Positions 1 to 9,291 of a stretch of DNA of 64,000 bases are shown piece after piece; position 1 is the first letter of the stretch, and every line of letters starts with the position of its first letter. A program made the position numbers and the translations under genes. This stretch comes from Chloroflexota bacterium. GTDB taxonomy: Bacteria > Chloroflexota > Limnocylindria > Limnocylindrales > CSP1-4. The notes under the pieces were generated by a model that was not told the DNA's origin, ran no database searches, and saw only the letters and a program-made list of their open reading frames with translations. The stretch lies in contig JANMNF010000024.1 in the NCBI GenBank assembly GCA_031373765.1, forward strand, positions 4,780-68,779, given 5' to 3'.

Positions 1-132
1 CCGCTGCTCGTGGTCTGGCAGGAGCGCGAGGACCGCAAGCGTGGTCGAATCAGCGGTCCGCCGTCGATCCGCCGGGCCTCCGCGTAATTCCCCGGCGAGC
101 GGCCGTGCAGCCGCCCGTGGCATCCTGAGACC

Positions 133-1893
133 GTGCTCCAGCCGCGGGCCCGGTGGGTCTTTCCCGAGTCGTCGCAACCCCCTGAGGACCTCGTGGCCGC
201 GGCATCGGAGCTCGGCCTCGGATCCTGGGCCGCCACCCTCCTGGTCAACCGCGGCGTAGCCGACGTGGCTGCGCTCCGGCGACATCTTGGAGAGCCTCAG
301 GACGGGCTCCATGATCCAAACCTGTTGCCCGATGCAGCTGTGTTCCGCGCCCGCATCGTCCGGGCAAGGGATGGCCGGGAGATCGTCATGGTCTTCGGGG
401 ACTTCGATGCCGACGGGATCACCGGGCTGGCGGTCCTCACCCTCGCCCTCCGGATCTTCGGGGTCGAAGTCCTCCCGTACGTGCCCTCCCGGCTCGAGGA
501 GGGTCACGGGTTGTCGATGGCGGCCGTCGACGCAGCAGAACTGGCCGGTGCCCGGGTTCTCGTGACCGTCGACACGGGCACGACCAGCATCGCCGAGATC
601 GCGGCCGCGCAGGCCCGCGGCATCGATGTTCTCGTCACGGACCACCACCGGGTTCCGTTGGAACTCCCCAACGCTGTCGCGATCGTGAACGCGCACCGTC
701 CCGAGAGCCAATACCCGGATACGCGCCTGTCCGGCGCCGGCATCGCGTTCACCCTGGCCCGGCTGCTGCTCGGGGATGTGCCCGAGGCATTTGACCTGGC
801 CGAGCTGGCGGCGATCGGCACGATCGCAGACGTTGCCCCGATCCTCGGGGAGAACCGGTCGATCGTCCGCCTCGGCCTCGAGCGGATGCGGACATCGCCT
901 CGCCCGGGTCTGGCTGCGCTCCTGGCGCGCGCCAACGTCGCCCACACCGCGGTTGACGTCGAGACGCTGTCCTTCGGGATTGCCCCGCGCCTCAACGCGG
1001 CCGGACGCGTAGGGGAGGCGATGGACGCCGCCCGGCTCCTCCTGACCGACGATCCCGAGGAGGCGACGCGCCTCGCCACGGTCCTCGAGACCGCCAACCT
1101 CCACCGACGGGACCTCACCAAGCAAGCCGTCGCGGAGGCGAGGACGTCGCCCGACGCGGTCGACGACGCGCCCGCAACCATCGTTCGCGGGCCGTGGCCC
1201 GTCGGGATCGTCGGGCTTGTCGCCGCCCGCCTCGCTGACGAGCGTGGGCGCGCCGCCATCGTCGGCGCGGACCTCGGAGATGTCGTGCGCGCGTCCTGTC
1301 GCGGAGATGGAACGCTCCACCTCGCGGACACGTTGGCCGCGTGCGAGGACCTGCTGATCCGCCACGGCGGTCACGCCGGAGCTGCCGGGTTCGAAATCCT
1401 CGCGGAGAACTGGGAGGCGTTTCGTGAGCGGTTCATGGAAATCGCGGGGCGGGCCGAACCGCGGGATCCGACGACCGTCCTGAACATCGACCTGGCGCTG
1501 CCCGCGATCGATGTCGACTATCGTCTCCATACCGGGGTCGCGAGACTCGGGCCGTGGGGCGTCGGCAACCCCGAACCGCTCGTCGCGGTCTTCGGGCTCA
1601 CCGTCACGCGAGCTCGCGAGGCCAGTGGAGGCCATACGCAACTTGTGCTCAAGCGCCGCCTCGATGTTCTGGACGGGATTGCGTTCGGCTGGCCGGAGCT
1701 CGCGACACAGGTCCACGAAGGGGATCGAGTGGATGTGGTTGCTCGGCTCGTGAGTCGCAAATTCGGCGGCGTCGAGTCGCTCCAGCTCGATATCCGCGAT
1801 GTCGCATCCGAAGGGCTCCACGCCATCGAAGGCCGCACGATGCCCGAGCGCGATATGGCGGTGGCGGGCACGGCGCGCGGGAGTGACGCGTGA
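133..1893 (+). CDS. recJ: single-stranded-DNA-specific exonuclease RecJ (DHH/DHHA1 family)
   Basis: 586-aa ORF with DHH motif (VTDHHRVP) and DHHA1 motif GGHAGAAGF. N-terminus aligns with the RecJ N-terminal region. The start (GTG at 133) is uncertain. Confidence 0.8.
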   Translation: MLQPRARWVFPESSQPPEDLVAAASELGLGSWAATLLVNRGVADVAALRRHLGEPQDGLHDPNLLPDAAVFRARIVRARDGREIVMVFGDFDADGITGLAVLTLALRIFGVEVLPYVPSRLEEGHGLSMAAVDAAELAGARVLVTVDTGTTSIAEIAAAQARGIDVLVTDHHRVPLELPNAVAIVNAHRPESQYPDTRLSGAGIAFTLARLLLGDVPEAFDLAELAAIGTIADVAPILGENRSIVRLGLERMRTSPRPGLAALLARANVAHTAVDVETLSFGIAPRLNAAGRVGEAMDAARLLLTDDPEEATRLATVLETANLHRRDLTKQAVAEARTSPDAVDDAPATIVRGPWPVGIVGLVAARLADERGRAAIVGADLGDVVRASCRGDGTLHLADTLAACEDLLIRHGGHAGAAGFEILAENWEAFRERFMEIAGRAEPRDPTTVLNIDLALPAIDVDYRLHTGVARLGPWGVGNPEPLVAVFGLTVTRAREASGGHTQLVLKRRLDVLDGIAFGWPELATQVHEGDRVDVVARLVSRKFGGVESLQLDIRDVASEGLHAIEGRTMPERDMAVAGTARGSDA

Positions 1894-3152
1894 ACCAGCG
1901 ACGTCGCCCGAGCGAGGCGGCTCGGCGGCAGGGCGGGACTTCCCGTCGGCCGAGCCTTGCCGGTTTGCCGCGGGCCGATCTGGCCGCGGGCATCGGTCTC
2001 CTCGTGATCGGGGTCCTGAGCTTCTCGCTGCTGACGGGCCGACTCCCGATCCCCGGCGGCAACGGCGGCAACGGCGGCACGGACGGCGGGCCGCTCCGGA
2101 CCGCGACCCCCTCGAACATCGTCATCGTGGATCCGCGGTCGGACATCCTCGGCTCGATCCTCTACGTGAAGGCCGGGAACCTCTGGCTCCAGCATGGCGC
2201 GAAAGCGACGGCCCTGACCTCGGGTGGTCGCGATTCGATGGCGTCGTTCTCGGCCGACGGCCAGTGGATCTACTTCATCCGGACGGTCGATGAAGGCGGG
2301 CGCTGGCGCATCAGCGGACAGGCCCGCCGGTACCGGCTCTCGACCCCCAGCCTGATGCGCATCCGTGTCGACGGCACCGCCGAGCCCGAGCGATTGCTGC
2401 TCGGCAAGATTGTGACCGGCCAGTACAGCTGGTCCTACTTCCTTCGCCAGCCGGTGATCTCGCCGGACGGTACCCGGATCGTCGTGGTCACCGATGGTCC
2501 GGATCCGACCAAGAGCGACGTCGTCCTCAAGGCATTCGACCCGGCGACCGGCAAGTTGACGGCCCTCAGCGCCCCGCAGATCTCGCCGCTCGGGCACCAG
2601 GATCCGGCGTTCTCGCCGGATGGCCGCTACCTCGCGTACGTGAAGAACGCCCGTGACGGGGGTCGCGGCGCGCCCGTGATCATGCGCTACGACTTCACGA
2701 CCGGAAAAGCAACCGCCATCACGGGTCCCGGCTACACATCGCCGGCCTGGTCGCCGGATGGCCGATTCCTTGCCGTGACGCGGACCACGTCGTTTGGGAC
2801 CGACGTGGTGATCCTCGACGCGCTGCGCGGCTCCGAGCTCCTGCGGGTCACGAGCGATGAGCGCAGCTTCGATCCCGTCTGGTCGCCCGCCGGAGACGCC
2901 ATCTCGTACCTGTCCATCGATGGGGGCGTGACGGATCTGTGGTTGGCCAAGCTCGATGTCAGCGGATTGCCGGCCCTCAAGGGAGATCCCCTCGCCCTCA
3001 CGATCGCTGCCGGCCTTGATGCGGCCTCGCGCCCGGGGTGGTGGATCCCGGCCGAGCTCCTCCCGACGCCGACCCCGTCGCCAACCCCGATTCCCACCGT
3101 CATCGCGCCTGGATCGGGGGGCGACCTGCCGAGCGCCTCAACGGCGCCGTGA
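1890..3152 (+). CDS. membrane-anchored TolB-like beta-propeller protein (PD40/WD40-like repeats)
   Basis: N-terminal TM helix followed by repeated FSPDG/WSPDG (PD40) motifs. Start overlaps the recJ stop (GTGA). The ORF contains a short GGCAAC tandem repeat encoding GNGGNGG. Confidence 0.6.
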   Translation: MNQRRRPSEAARRQGGTSRRPSLAGLPRADLAAGIGLLVIGVLSFSLLTGRLPIPGGNGGNGGTDGGPLRTATPSNIVIVDPRSDILGSILYVKAGNLWLQHGAKATALTSGGRDSMASFSADGQWIYFIRTVDEGGRWRISGQARRYRLSTPSLMRIRVDGTAEPERLLLGKIVTGQYSWSYFLRQPVISPDGTRIVVVTDGPDPTKSDVVLKAFDPATGKLTALSAPQISPLGHQDPAFSPDGRYLAYVKNARDGGRGAPVIMRYDFTTGKATAITGPGYTSPAWSPDGRFLAVTRTTSFGTDVVILDALRGSELLRVTSDERSFDPVWSPAGDAISYLSIDGGVTDLWLAKLDVSGLPALKGDPLALTIAAGLDAASRPGWWIPAELLPTPTPSPTPIPTVIAPGSGGDLPSASTAP

Positions 3153-4030
3153 CGGTACCGCGGACGTCGACATACCTCGAACGGCTCTCGGCGCGGAGCA
3201 GCGAGGTCGGATCGGTCCTGTGCCTCGGGATCGACCCGGATATCGCGTCCCTGCCGCGAGGGTTTGCCCGGAACCTTGAGGGACTGGAATCGTTCGCGCG
3301 CCTGCTGGTAGAGGTCGCGAGCCCGTACGCGGCCGCGGTCAAGCCCAACCTGGCGTTCTTCGAGGCCTACGGAAGTGCCGGAATGGCCGCCCTCGAGCGG
3401 ATCCGCGCCACCATCCCGGCAAGGATCCCCGTGATCGCTGACGCGAAGCGCGGGGACATCGGCACGACAGCAGCCCGCCAGGCCGTGGCCCTGTTCGATG
3501 CGCTCGGCGCTGACGCGGTGACGGTGAACCCGTACCTCGGTTCCGAGGCGGTTGCGCCCCTGCTGGAGCGACTCGATCGCTTTGCCTACATCCTGTGCCG
3601 GACCTCGAATCCGGGTGCCGGCGAGCTGCAGGACCTCGTCCTGGCGAGCGACGGGCCGGCAACGTCGGAACCCCTGTACGCACGCGTCGCGCGCCGGGCG
3701 AGCAGCTGGGGGCCGGGCGGGACCGTCGGCCTCGTCGTGGGCGCGACGGCGCCGGACGAGTTGGAACAGATCCGCGCCGTGGCTCCTGGCCTCGCGTTTC
3801 TGGTTCCCGGCGTCGGCGCCCAGGGTGGTGACATCGGCGCGGTCCTTCGTTCCGGCCCGACATTGGCGTCGGCTCCGGGCCGCTTGCCCGGCGGAGGCCT
3901 GCTGGTCAATGTCTCCCGCGGTATCTCGAGCGTCGCAAACGCTGACGAATCGACCGGTGAACTGGACCCTGCAGAACGTGTCAGGGCGGCGGCGACCGAC
4001 TGGGCCGGGCGCCTCCCTGTGCTAACCTAG
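3149..4030 (+). CDS. pyrF: orotidine 5'-phosphate decarboxylase, type 2
   Basis: DAKRGDIGTT active-site motif; length matches the long actinobacterial-type OMPdecase. A GTG start at 3149 overlaps the upstream stop (GTGA). The ORF-track start at 3038 would overlap the previous gene. Confidence 0.75.
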   Translation: MTVPRTSTYLERLSARSSEVGSVLCLGIDPDIASLPRGFARNLEGLESFARLLVEVASPYAAAVKPNLAFFEAYGSAGMAALERIRATIPARIPVIADAKRGDIGTTAARQAVALFDALGADAVTVNPYLGSEAVAPLLERLDRFAYILCRTSNPGAGELQDLVLASDGPATSEPLYARVARRASSWGPGGTVGLVVGATAPDELEQIRAVAPGLAFLVPGVGAQGGDIGAVLRSGPTLASAPGRLPGGGLLVNVSRGISSVANADESTGELDPAERVRAAATDWAGRLPVLT

Positions 4031-4081
4031 CGACCGTTCCGAGGCACTGCGCCGCGGCTCCAACATGGGTCTGAATCCACT

Positions 4082-4369
4082 ATGCCGTTCATCGGAAGCC
4101 TTGGTCCCACCGAACTCATCATCATCCTGGTCATCGCCCTGCTCGTCCTGGGCCCGGGCAAGTTGCCGGAAGTCGGTACCGCGCTCGGCAAGGGTATCCG
4201 TGAGTTCCGCAAGGCGGCCTCTGATGTCAAGGAAGCAGCCAGCACGGACCCTATCGCGCCTGAAGCGCCGAAGCCGAACGTGCTGAGTGCTACGGCGCCC
4301 CCTCGGACGCCTGACGCGCCACCCGCGGATGCCGCCTCCGGCTCCGGACCCGAGTCGCCGGCCTCCTGA
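4082..4369 (+). CDS. tatA: twin-arginine translocase subunit TatA/E
   Basis: N-terminal MPFIGSLGPTELIIILVIALLVLGPGKLPE TM/hinge typical of TatA. Pro/Ala-rich C-terminal tail. Confidence 0.85.
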   Translation: MPFIGSLGPTELIIILVIALLVLGPGKLPEVGTALGKGIREFRKAASDVKEAASTDPIAPEAPKPNVLSATAPPRTPDAPPADAASGSGPESPAS

Positions 4370-4396
4370 TCGGGCTCCGGCCCGACCAACCACTGC

Positions 4397-5281
4397 ATGG
4401 ACGACGATCAGGAGACGCCCTCTTCGGCGCCCATCGACGACACGCCTGACGAAACAGGTGCAGTCGCGAATCCCGAGGGAACCGGCGCGGTCGCGGATCC
4501 CGAGGGATCCGGCGCGGCCCCCGATCCCGACGAACCTACCCTCACCCAAGCCGTTTCGGTTGTCAGCACAGGCTCGACCGAGCCGGCGTTCGCGATGTCG
4601 CTGGTCGACCACCTCGCCGAGCTCCGCAACCGGATCGCCTGGTCGCTTCTGGGCGTTGGCCTCGGCGCCGTCGTGGGATTTGCCTTTGGCGAGCAGATCA
4701 TCGCGTTCCTGAGCTCGCCCCTGCCAGATGAACTTACCCTGTACTACAACGGAATCGGCGATCCATTCGCGATCCGGATCCGGATCGCCCTCGTTGCCGG
4801 CGTGATCATCGCGATGCCGGTGATCCTGTGGCAGGTCTGGCGCTTCATCGCTCCCGGCCTGACCGCGTCCGAACGACGAGCGATCCTGCCCTGGATCCCC
4901 GCGGCACTCCTGTTCTTCGCGATGGGCGTGTCCATCGCCTACGTCATCCTCCCGTTCGCGGCTACGTTCCTGTTGGCCTTTCAGACGCCAGACCTGAAGC
5001 CGTTGCTGACGGCCCGCGAGTATTTCGACTTCGTCAGCACGATGTTCCTGGCCTTCGGCCTGCTCATGGAGTTCCCGATCCTGCTCGTTGGACTGTCGCG
5101 GGTGGGCATCGTCACATCGCAACGGCTGACCCGATCCCGCCGCCTGATCATCCTCGGCATCTCCATCTTCGCGGCGATCGCGACCCCAGGCGGCGATCTG
5201 GTCAGCCCCGTCGTCCTGGGCGTGACGCTCTACGTACTCTTCGAGGGCACGGTCATCGTGATCCGGCGGAGCGGTCGCTGA
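4397..5281 (+). CDS. tatC: twin-arginine translocase subunit TatC
   Basis: Six-TM TatC core beginning near MSLVDHLAELRNR. The ORF has a ~65-aa acidic repeat-containing N-terminal extension, so an alternative start at ATG ~4595 is possible. Confidence 0.75.
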   Translation: MDDDQETPSSAPIDDTPDETGAVANPEGTGAVADPEGSGAAPDPDEPTLTQAVSVVSTGSTEPAFAMSLVDHLAELRNRIAWSLLGVGLGAVVGFAFGEQIIAFLSSPLPDELTLYYNGIGDPFAIRIRIALVAGVIIAMPVILWQVWRFIAPGLTASERRAILPWIPAALLFFAMGVSIAYVILPFAATFLLAFQTPDLKPLLTAREYFDFVSTMFLAFGLLMEFPILLVGLSRVGIVTSQRLTRSRRLIILGISIFAAIATPGGDLVSPVVLGVTLYVLFEGTVIVIRRSGR

Positions 5282-5312
5282 GCGGCCTCGAACGGGGCGT
5301 AGACTGACCGGC

Positions 5313-6242
5313 ATGGACCCAGTCGAGCCCGCGCCCGTCGATTCCGAGGGGCCGTACGGCAGCCCGGACCCCGAACCGGACGACTCGCACGTCGTGATCC
5401 TCAGCGGGCTGTCTGGCGGCGGCAAGACGGCCGCTGCCAAGTTCTTCGAGGATCTCAACTACATCGTCGTCGACAACCTGCCCGGCGAATTGCTGCCGAA
5501 CCTCGCCGAACTCGTCACGACGGATCGGGTCCGCTACGGGCGGGTCGCCATCGTCCTGGACGTTCGCGCCGGCGATGCCGAGTCGGCGTACCGGGCGATG
5601 CGAGGCGCCCTTGAGGGCCGCGGCATTCGCCCGCAGGTCTTCTTTCTCGAGGCGCGCGACGAGGTCCTGATACGGCGCTTCTCCGAGACCCGCCACCGCC
5701 ACCCGCTCGGCGAGAGCCGCGGGGTCGCTGCCGCGATCGCCGATGAGCGCGTGCTGCTCGATGGCGTTCGATCCGAGGCCGACGTCGTGATCGACACCTC
5801 GGATCTGCCGCTGCGTGATCTGCGTGAGCGGCTGTTCGCCCGGCTCGGGGACCTCGAGCCCGACCGCATGGCGATCCAGCTGTTGAGCTTCGGGTTCAAG
5901 TTCGGGGTGCCCCTCGAAGCCGACCTCGTGTTCGACGCGCGCTTTCTCCAGAACCCGTACTACGTTCTTGAGCTGCGCGAGCATTCCGGGCTGACGGAGC
6001 CGGTTCGGGACTTCGTCCTCGGACAGCCGGCGACGGGGGAGTTTCTGGCCCTGCTGAAGCCGCTCCTCGCATTCACGATCCCGGCGTTCCAGGCCGAGGG
6101 CAAGAGCCGCCTGACGATCGCCGTCGGGTGTACCGGCGGGCAGCATCGATCGATCGTCCTGACGGAGGAGCTCGCAACCTGGCTCCGGGCCGAGGGCTAC
6201 GGCCCCGTGGGCGTCTTTCATCGCGAGCTGGAGCGCCGATGA
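5313..6242 (+). CDS. rapZ: RNase adapter protein RapZ (YvcJ, P-loop NTPase)
   Basis: Walker A motif GLSGGGKT near the N-terminus. Sits in the conserved position before yvcK and whiA. Confidence 0.85.
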   Translation: MDPVEPAPVDSEGPYGSPDPEPDDSHVVILSGLSGGGKTAAAKFFEDLNYIVVDNLPGELLPNLAELVTTDRVRYGRVAIVLDVRAGDAESAYRAMRGALEGRGIRPQVFFLEARDEVLIRRFSETRHRHPLGESRGVAAAIADERVLLDGVRSEADVVIDTSDLPLRDLRERLFARLGDLEPDRMAIQLLSFGFKFGVPLEADLVFDARFLQNPYYVLELREHSGLTEPVRDFVLGQPATGEFLALLKPLLAFTIPAFQAEGKSRLTIAVGCTGGQHRSIVLTEELATWLRAEGYGPVGVFHRELERR

Positions 6243-7585
6243 ACCTCCGCCGGTGGCTGCAACCCGGCATCGGGATCAAGCGCTGGCTCGGTGTCGTCTT
6301 CCTCGGACTCTTCATGCTGGCGCTCGCCGTAGCCCACGTCGTGCGGCAGGCAACAGCAACCGTCCACCCTGGCGGGCTCGCGGGCGGCATCCTCGACGTC
6401 GTCACGCTCCAATTCCTGCCGTATCCGCTGCGTGGCCTGATCGTCGGCGTACTCGGGATCACGCTCGTAGCTGCCGGTGGCGTGCGGATGATCCGTGCGG
6501 TCACCGAGCCGCTCCGAGCCACGGACGAGGACGAATCACTCGGCGATCTGCTCTATCGGAAGCGGTTGCTCGCGCGGGGACCGAAGATCGTCGCGATCGG
6601 CGGGGGAACGGGCCTGTCTGCTCTCCTTCGTGGCCTTAAGGAGTACACCGGAAACATCACGGCGATCGTCACCGTGGCCGACGACGGCGGTTCATCCGGC
6701 GCACTCCGAGACGAACTCGGCATCCCGGCCGTAGGCGACATCAGGAGTTGCATCGCCGCCCTGGCCGACGCCGAGCCGCTGATGCGCGAGTTCCTGGGCT
6801 ACCGATTTCCAGGGGGGCAATCCTCGGACGGTGAACCGGTCGAGACCGAGCCCGGTGGCCTCGGCGGTCATGCCATCGGCAATCTTCTCATCGCTGCCCT
6901 GACGGCCGTCGAGGGGGGTGACTTCGAGGCGGCCGTCCGACGGATGAACCGCGTCCTCGCGGTCCGTGGCCAGGTGCTCCCCGTTTCGCCGACACCGATC
7001 ACCCTGCACGCGAGGACACGCAACGGCGTCGTGGTCTCCGGCCAGTCGCACGTCATGCGAACACCGGGCATCGAGCGTGTCTGGATCACGCCGCCGGACG
7101 TCACGCCGTCGGCCGACGCGCTGTTGGCGATTGCTGAAGCCGATGTCGTCGTCATGGGTCCGGGCAGCCTGTTCACGAGCCTGCTCCCGGTCCTGCTGGT
7201 TCCGGAGATCCGCGCCGCCGTTCTCGCGACATCGGCTGTGCGGATCTACATCTGTAACGTGGCGACTCAGGCGGGCGAGACGGCGGGTTACGACCTGGCG
7301 GATCATCTCGAGGCCCTGATTGCTCACACCAGCCCCGGGCTCGTCGATGTCGTGCTTGCAAATGACCAGTTCGACGCACGTGTCCCACACGACTGGATCG
7401 CGGAGTCCGTGCGCCTCCGTTGGCCCCCGGCGGTCGATCCCGTGCCCGACCTCGTGACCGACAACGTCGTGGATGCGGTCAACGCCCATCACCACGACCC
7501 GGCGCGGCTGGCCGCGGCCGTGCTTCGTGTAGCGGAGGCCGAGCTGTCAGCACGTCGTCGTACAACCGTGGCCCGATCGGCCTGA
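6239..7585 (+). CDS. yvcK: gluconeogenesis factor YvcK/CofD-like (UPF0052)
   Basis: IVAIGGGTGLSALLRGLK motif. ATG at 6239 overlaps the rapZ stop (ATGA). Follows the conserved rapZ-yvcK-whiA order. Confidence 0.8.
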   Translation: MNLRRWLQPGIGIKRWLGVVFLGLFMLALAVAHVVRQATATVHPGGLAGGILDVVTLQFLPYPLRGLIVGVLGITLVAAGGVRMIRAVTEPLRATDEDESLGDLLYRKRLLARGPKIVAIGGGTGLSALLRGLKEYTGNITAIVTVADDGGSSGALRDELGIPAVGDIRSCIAALADAEPLMREFLGYRFPGGQSSDGEPVETEPGGLGGHAIGNLLIAALTAVEGGDFEAAVRRMNRVLAVRGQVLPVSPTPITLHARTRNGVVVSGQSHVMRTPGIERVWITPPDVTPSADALLAIAEADVVVMGPGSLFTSLLPVLLVPEIRAAVLATSAVRIYICNVATQAGETAGYDLADHLEALIAHTSPGLVDVVLANDQFDARVPHDWIAESVRLRWPPAVDPVPDLVTDNVVDAVNAHHHDPARLAAAVLRVAEAELSARRRTTVARSA

Positions 7586-7619
7586 CGGCGCGGCGAGACG
7601 GTATGGCTTCGCCCCGCCC

Positions 7620-8459
7620 ATGACCTCGATCGATCGTGACCTTGTGGCCGCGTTGCGGGCTGAGCTGGCGTCCATCGAGCCGTCCCGGACGTGTGATATC
7701 GCCGCGGAATGGCAAGGCCTCGGGTTGGGTCCATCGGTTGCCGCGACGACGACCGGATCGGCACCTGCGGCTATCGCGGCGGCCCCTGCTCCCCGACGGG
7801 ACCCGGTTCTCGCTCGGCTCGCGCTTCGCCTTGATCGGCGTGGCGTCCCGATCGCAGCTGGCCCATTCGACTGGGCCGCATCACCGGAGCACTGCCGGAT
7901 GGCCTATCTGCGCGGACGATTCCTGGCTCACGGTTCGCTGAGCATCGTCGGAGCGCGCACCCATCTCGAATTCGTCGTGGGGCCGGACGAGGCGCCGGTG
8001 CTCGCGAGGTGGGTCGGGGAGGCCGAGTTGCCGGCTTCGTGGCGAATGCGCCGCGGCCGTGGGGTCGTGACCTGGAAGAGCGGCGAGATCGTGGGTCTCT
8101 TCCTGCGACGGATCGGTGCTGGTGCCGCGCTCCTCGAGCTTGAAGCGCGGCAGGTCTCACGGGCGATGCGGGGCGAGCTCAATCGGATCCTCAATGCCGA
8201 GTCATCGAACCTCCAGCGATCAGTGGCGGCGGCAGGCCGGCAACTGGCGGCGATCGATCAACTCGAAGCCGACGGGCGACTCGGAGAACAGCCCTACGTC
8301 GTCCGTTCGGTCGCCGAGGCCAGGCGTGAAACGCCCGAGGCGACGCTTGCCGACCTTGCCGACCGCCTGGGGTTGCATCGATCAGGTGTGCAGCGGGCGC
8401 TCGAGCGCGTCGAGCGGCTGGCGCTGCATGACGAGGCTTCATCCGCACCTCTGGCATGA
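7620..8459 (+). CDS. whiA: sporulation/cell-division transcriptional regulator WhiA
   Basis: LAGLIDADG-like N-terminal domain (LRGRFLAHGSLS) plus a C-terminal HTH. Conserved position after yvcK. Confidence 0.8.
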   Translation: MTSIDRDLVAALRAELASIEPSRTCDIAAEWQGLGLGPSVAATTTGSAPAAIAAAPAPRRDPVLARLALRLDRRGVPIAAGPFDWAASPEHCRMAYLRGRFLAHGSLSIVGARTHLEFVVGPDEAPVLARWVGEAELPASWRMRRGRGVVTWKSGEIVGLFLRRIGAGAALLELEARQVSRAMRGELNRILNAESSNLQRSVAAAGRQLAAIDQLEADGRLGEQPYVVRSVAEARRETPEATLADLADRLGLHRSGVQRALERVERLALHDEASSAPLA

Positions 8460-8466
8460 TTCAATC

Positions 8467-9291
8467 ATGCGCAACGTGATCATCGCCGCCAACTGGAAGA
8501 TGCATTCGACGCCGGCCGATGCCGGTGAGCTCGCGGTCGCGATCGGAGCCCGGACCCGGGTTGACGGCGTGGTCCGGATCCTGTGCCCGCCCTTCGTCTG
8601 CCTCGACGCGGTCGTCGGCGCGCTGTCGTCGCCTGCCGTGACGGCTCCCGACGGCTCCGGCGTCCTGGTTGGAGCGCAGAACGTCCATCACGACCTGGCG
8701 GGCGCCTATACCGGTGAGATCTCCGCCCCGATGCTGAAGGGACTCGTGAGCTGGGTGATCGTCGGGCATTCGGAGCGTCGCCGTAACGCCTGCGAAATCG
8801 ATGCGCAGATTGCCGCCAAGCTCGCGAATGCGTGGGGTGCCGACATCCGCCCGATCCTGTGCGTGGGCGAGACCCTGGAGGAACGTGAGGCCGGCCGCGC
8901 GGACGACGTGGTCATGACGCAGATCCGCGGTGCACTCGCCGGTGCGGAGATCCCGTCGTGGGACGCGACCGGAACCGATCTTCCATGGCTGACGATCGCG
9001 TACGAGCCGGTCTGGGCCATCGGCACTGGCCGCAACGCCCTGGGGTCGGACGCTGCTGCGATGGCCGCCACGATCCGGCGCGTCCTGGTGGACCTGTCCA
9101 TCGACGGAGACACGATCCCGGTCCTGTACGGGGGCTCGGTGACCTCGGCAAATATCGATGCGTTCCTGACCGAGCCCTCCATCGACGGCGCGCTCGTTGG
9201 TGGCGCATCGCTGAAGGTGGACGAGATGGCGGGGATCGTCGCCCGGGCCGGGCTGACAGCGGCCGCGCGCAACGCCGCGCGTCCCGAGTGA
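8467..9291 (+). CDS. tpiA: triosephosphate isomerase
   Basis: MRNVIIAANWKMH start and the IAYEPVWAIGTG catalytic-loop motif. Confidence 0.85.
   Translation: MRNVIIAANWKMHSTPADAGELAVAIGARTRVDGVVRILCPPFVCLDAVVGALSSPAVTAPDGSGVLVGAQNVHHDLAGAYTGEISAPMLKGLVSWVIVGHSERRRNACEIDAQIAAKLANAWGADIRPILCVGETLEEREAGRADDVVMTQIRGALAGAEIPSWDATGTDLPWLTIAYEPVWAIGTGRNALGSDAAAMAATIRRVLVDLSIDGDTIPVLYGGSVTSANIDAFLTEPSIDGALVGGASLKVDEMAGIVARAGLTAAARNAARPE

Noticed and set aside
2041-2100. GGCAAC/GGCGGC short tandem repeat.
   Set aside because: It lies inside the TolB-like CDS and simply encodes a Gly/Asn linker (GNGGNGG). It is neither a CRISPR array nor a regulatory repeat.
4022-5458. 478-aa minus-strand ORF antisense to tatA/tatC. 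Other long antisense ORFs of the same kind include 8706-10712(-), 20286-21539(-), 28384-29661(-), 29564-30901(-), 30675-32015(-), 36862-38451(-), 44365-46359(-) and 61936-63720(-).
   Set aside because: These are typical high-GC shadow ORFs. Their products are Arg/Pro/Gly-rich and low-complexity, with no family signatures. Each overlaps a strongly supported gene on the other strand.
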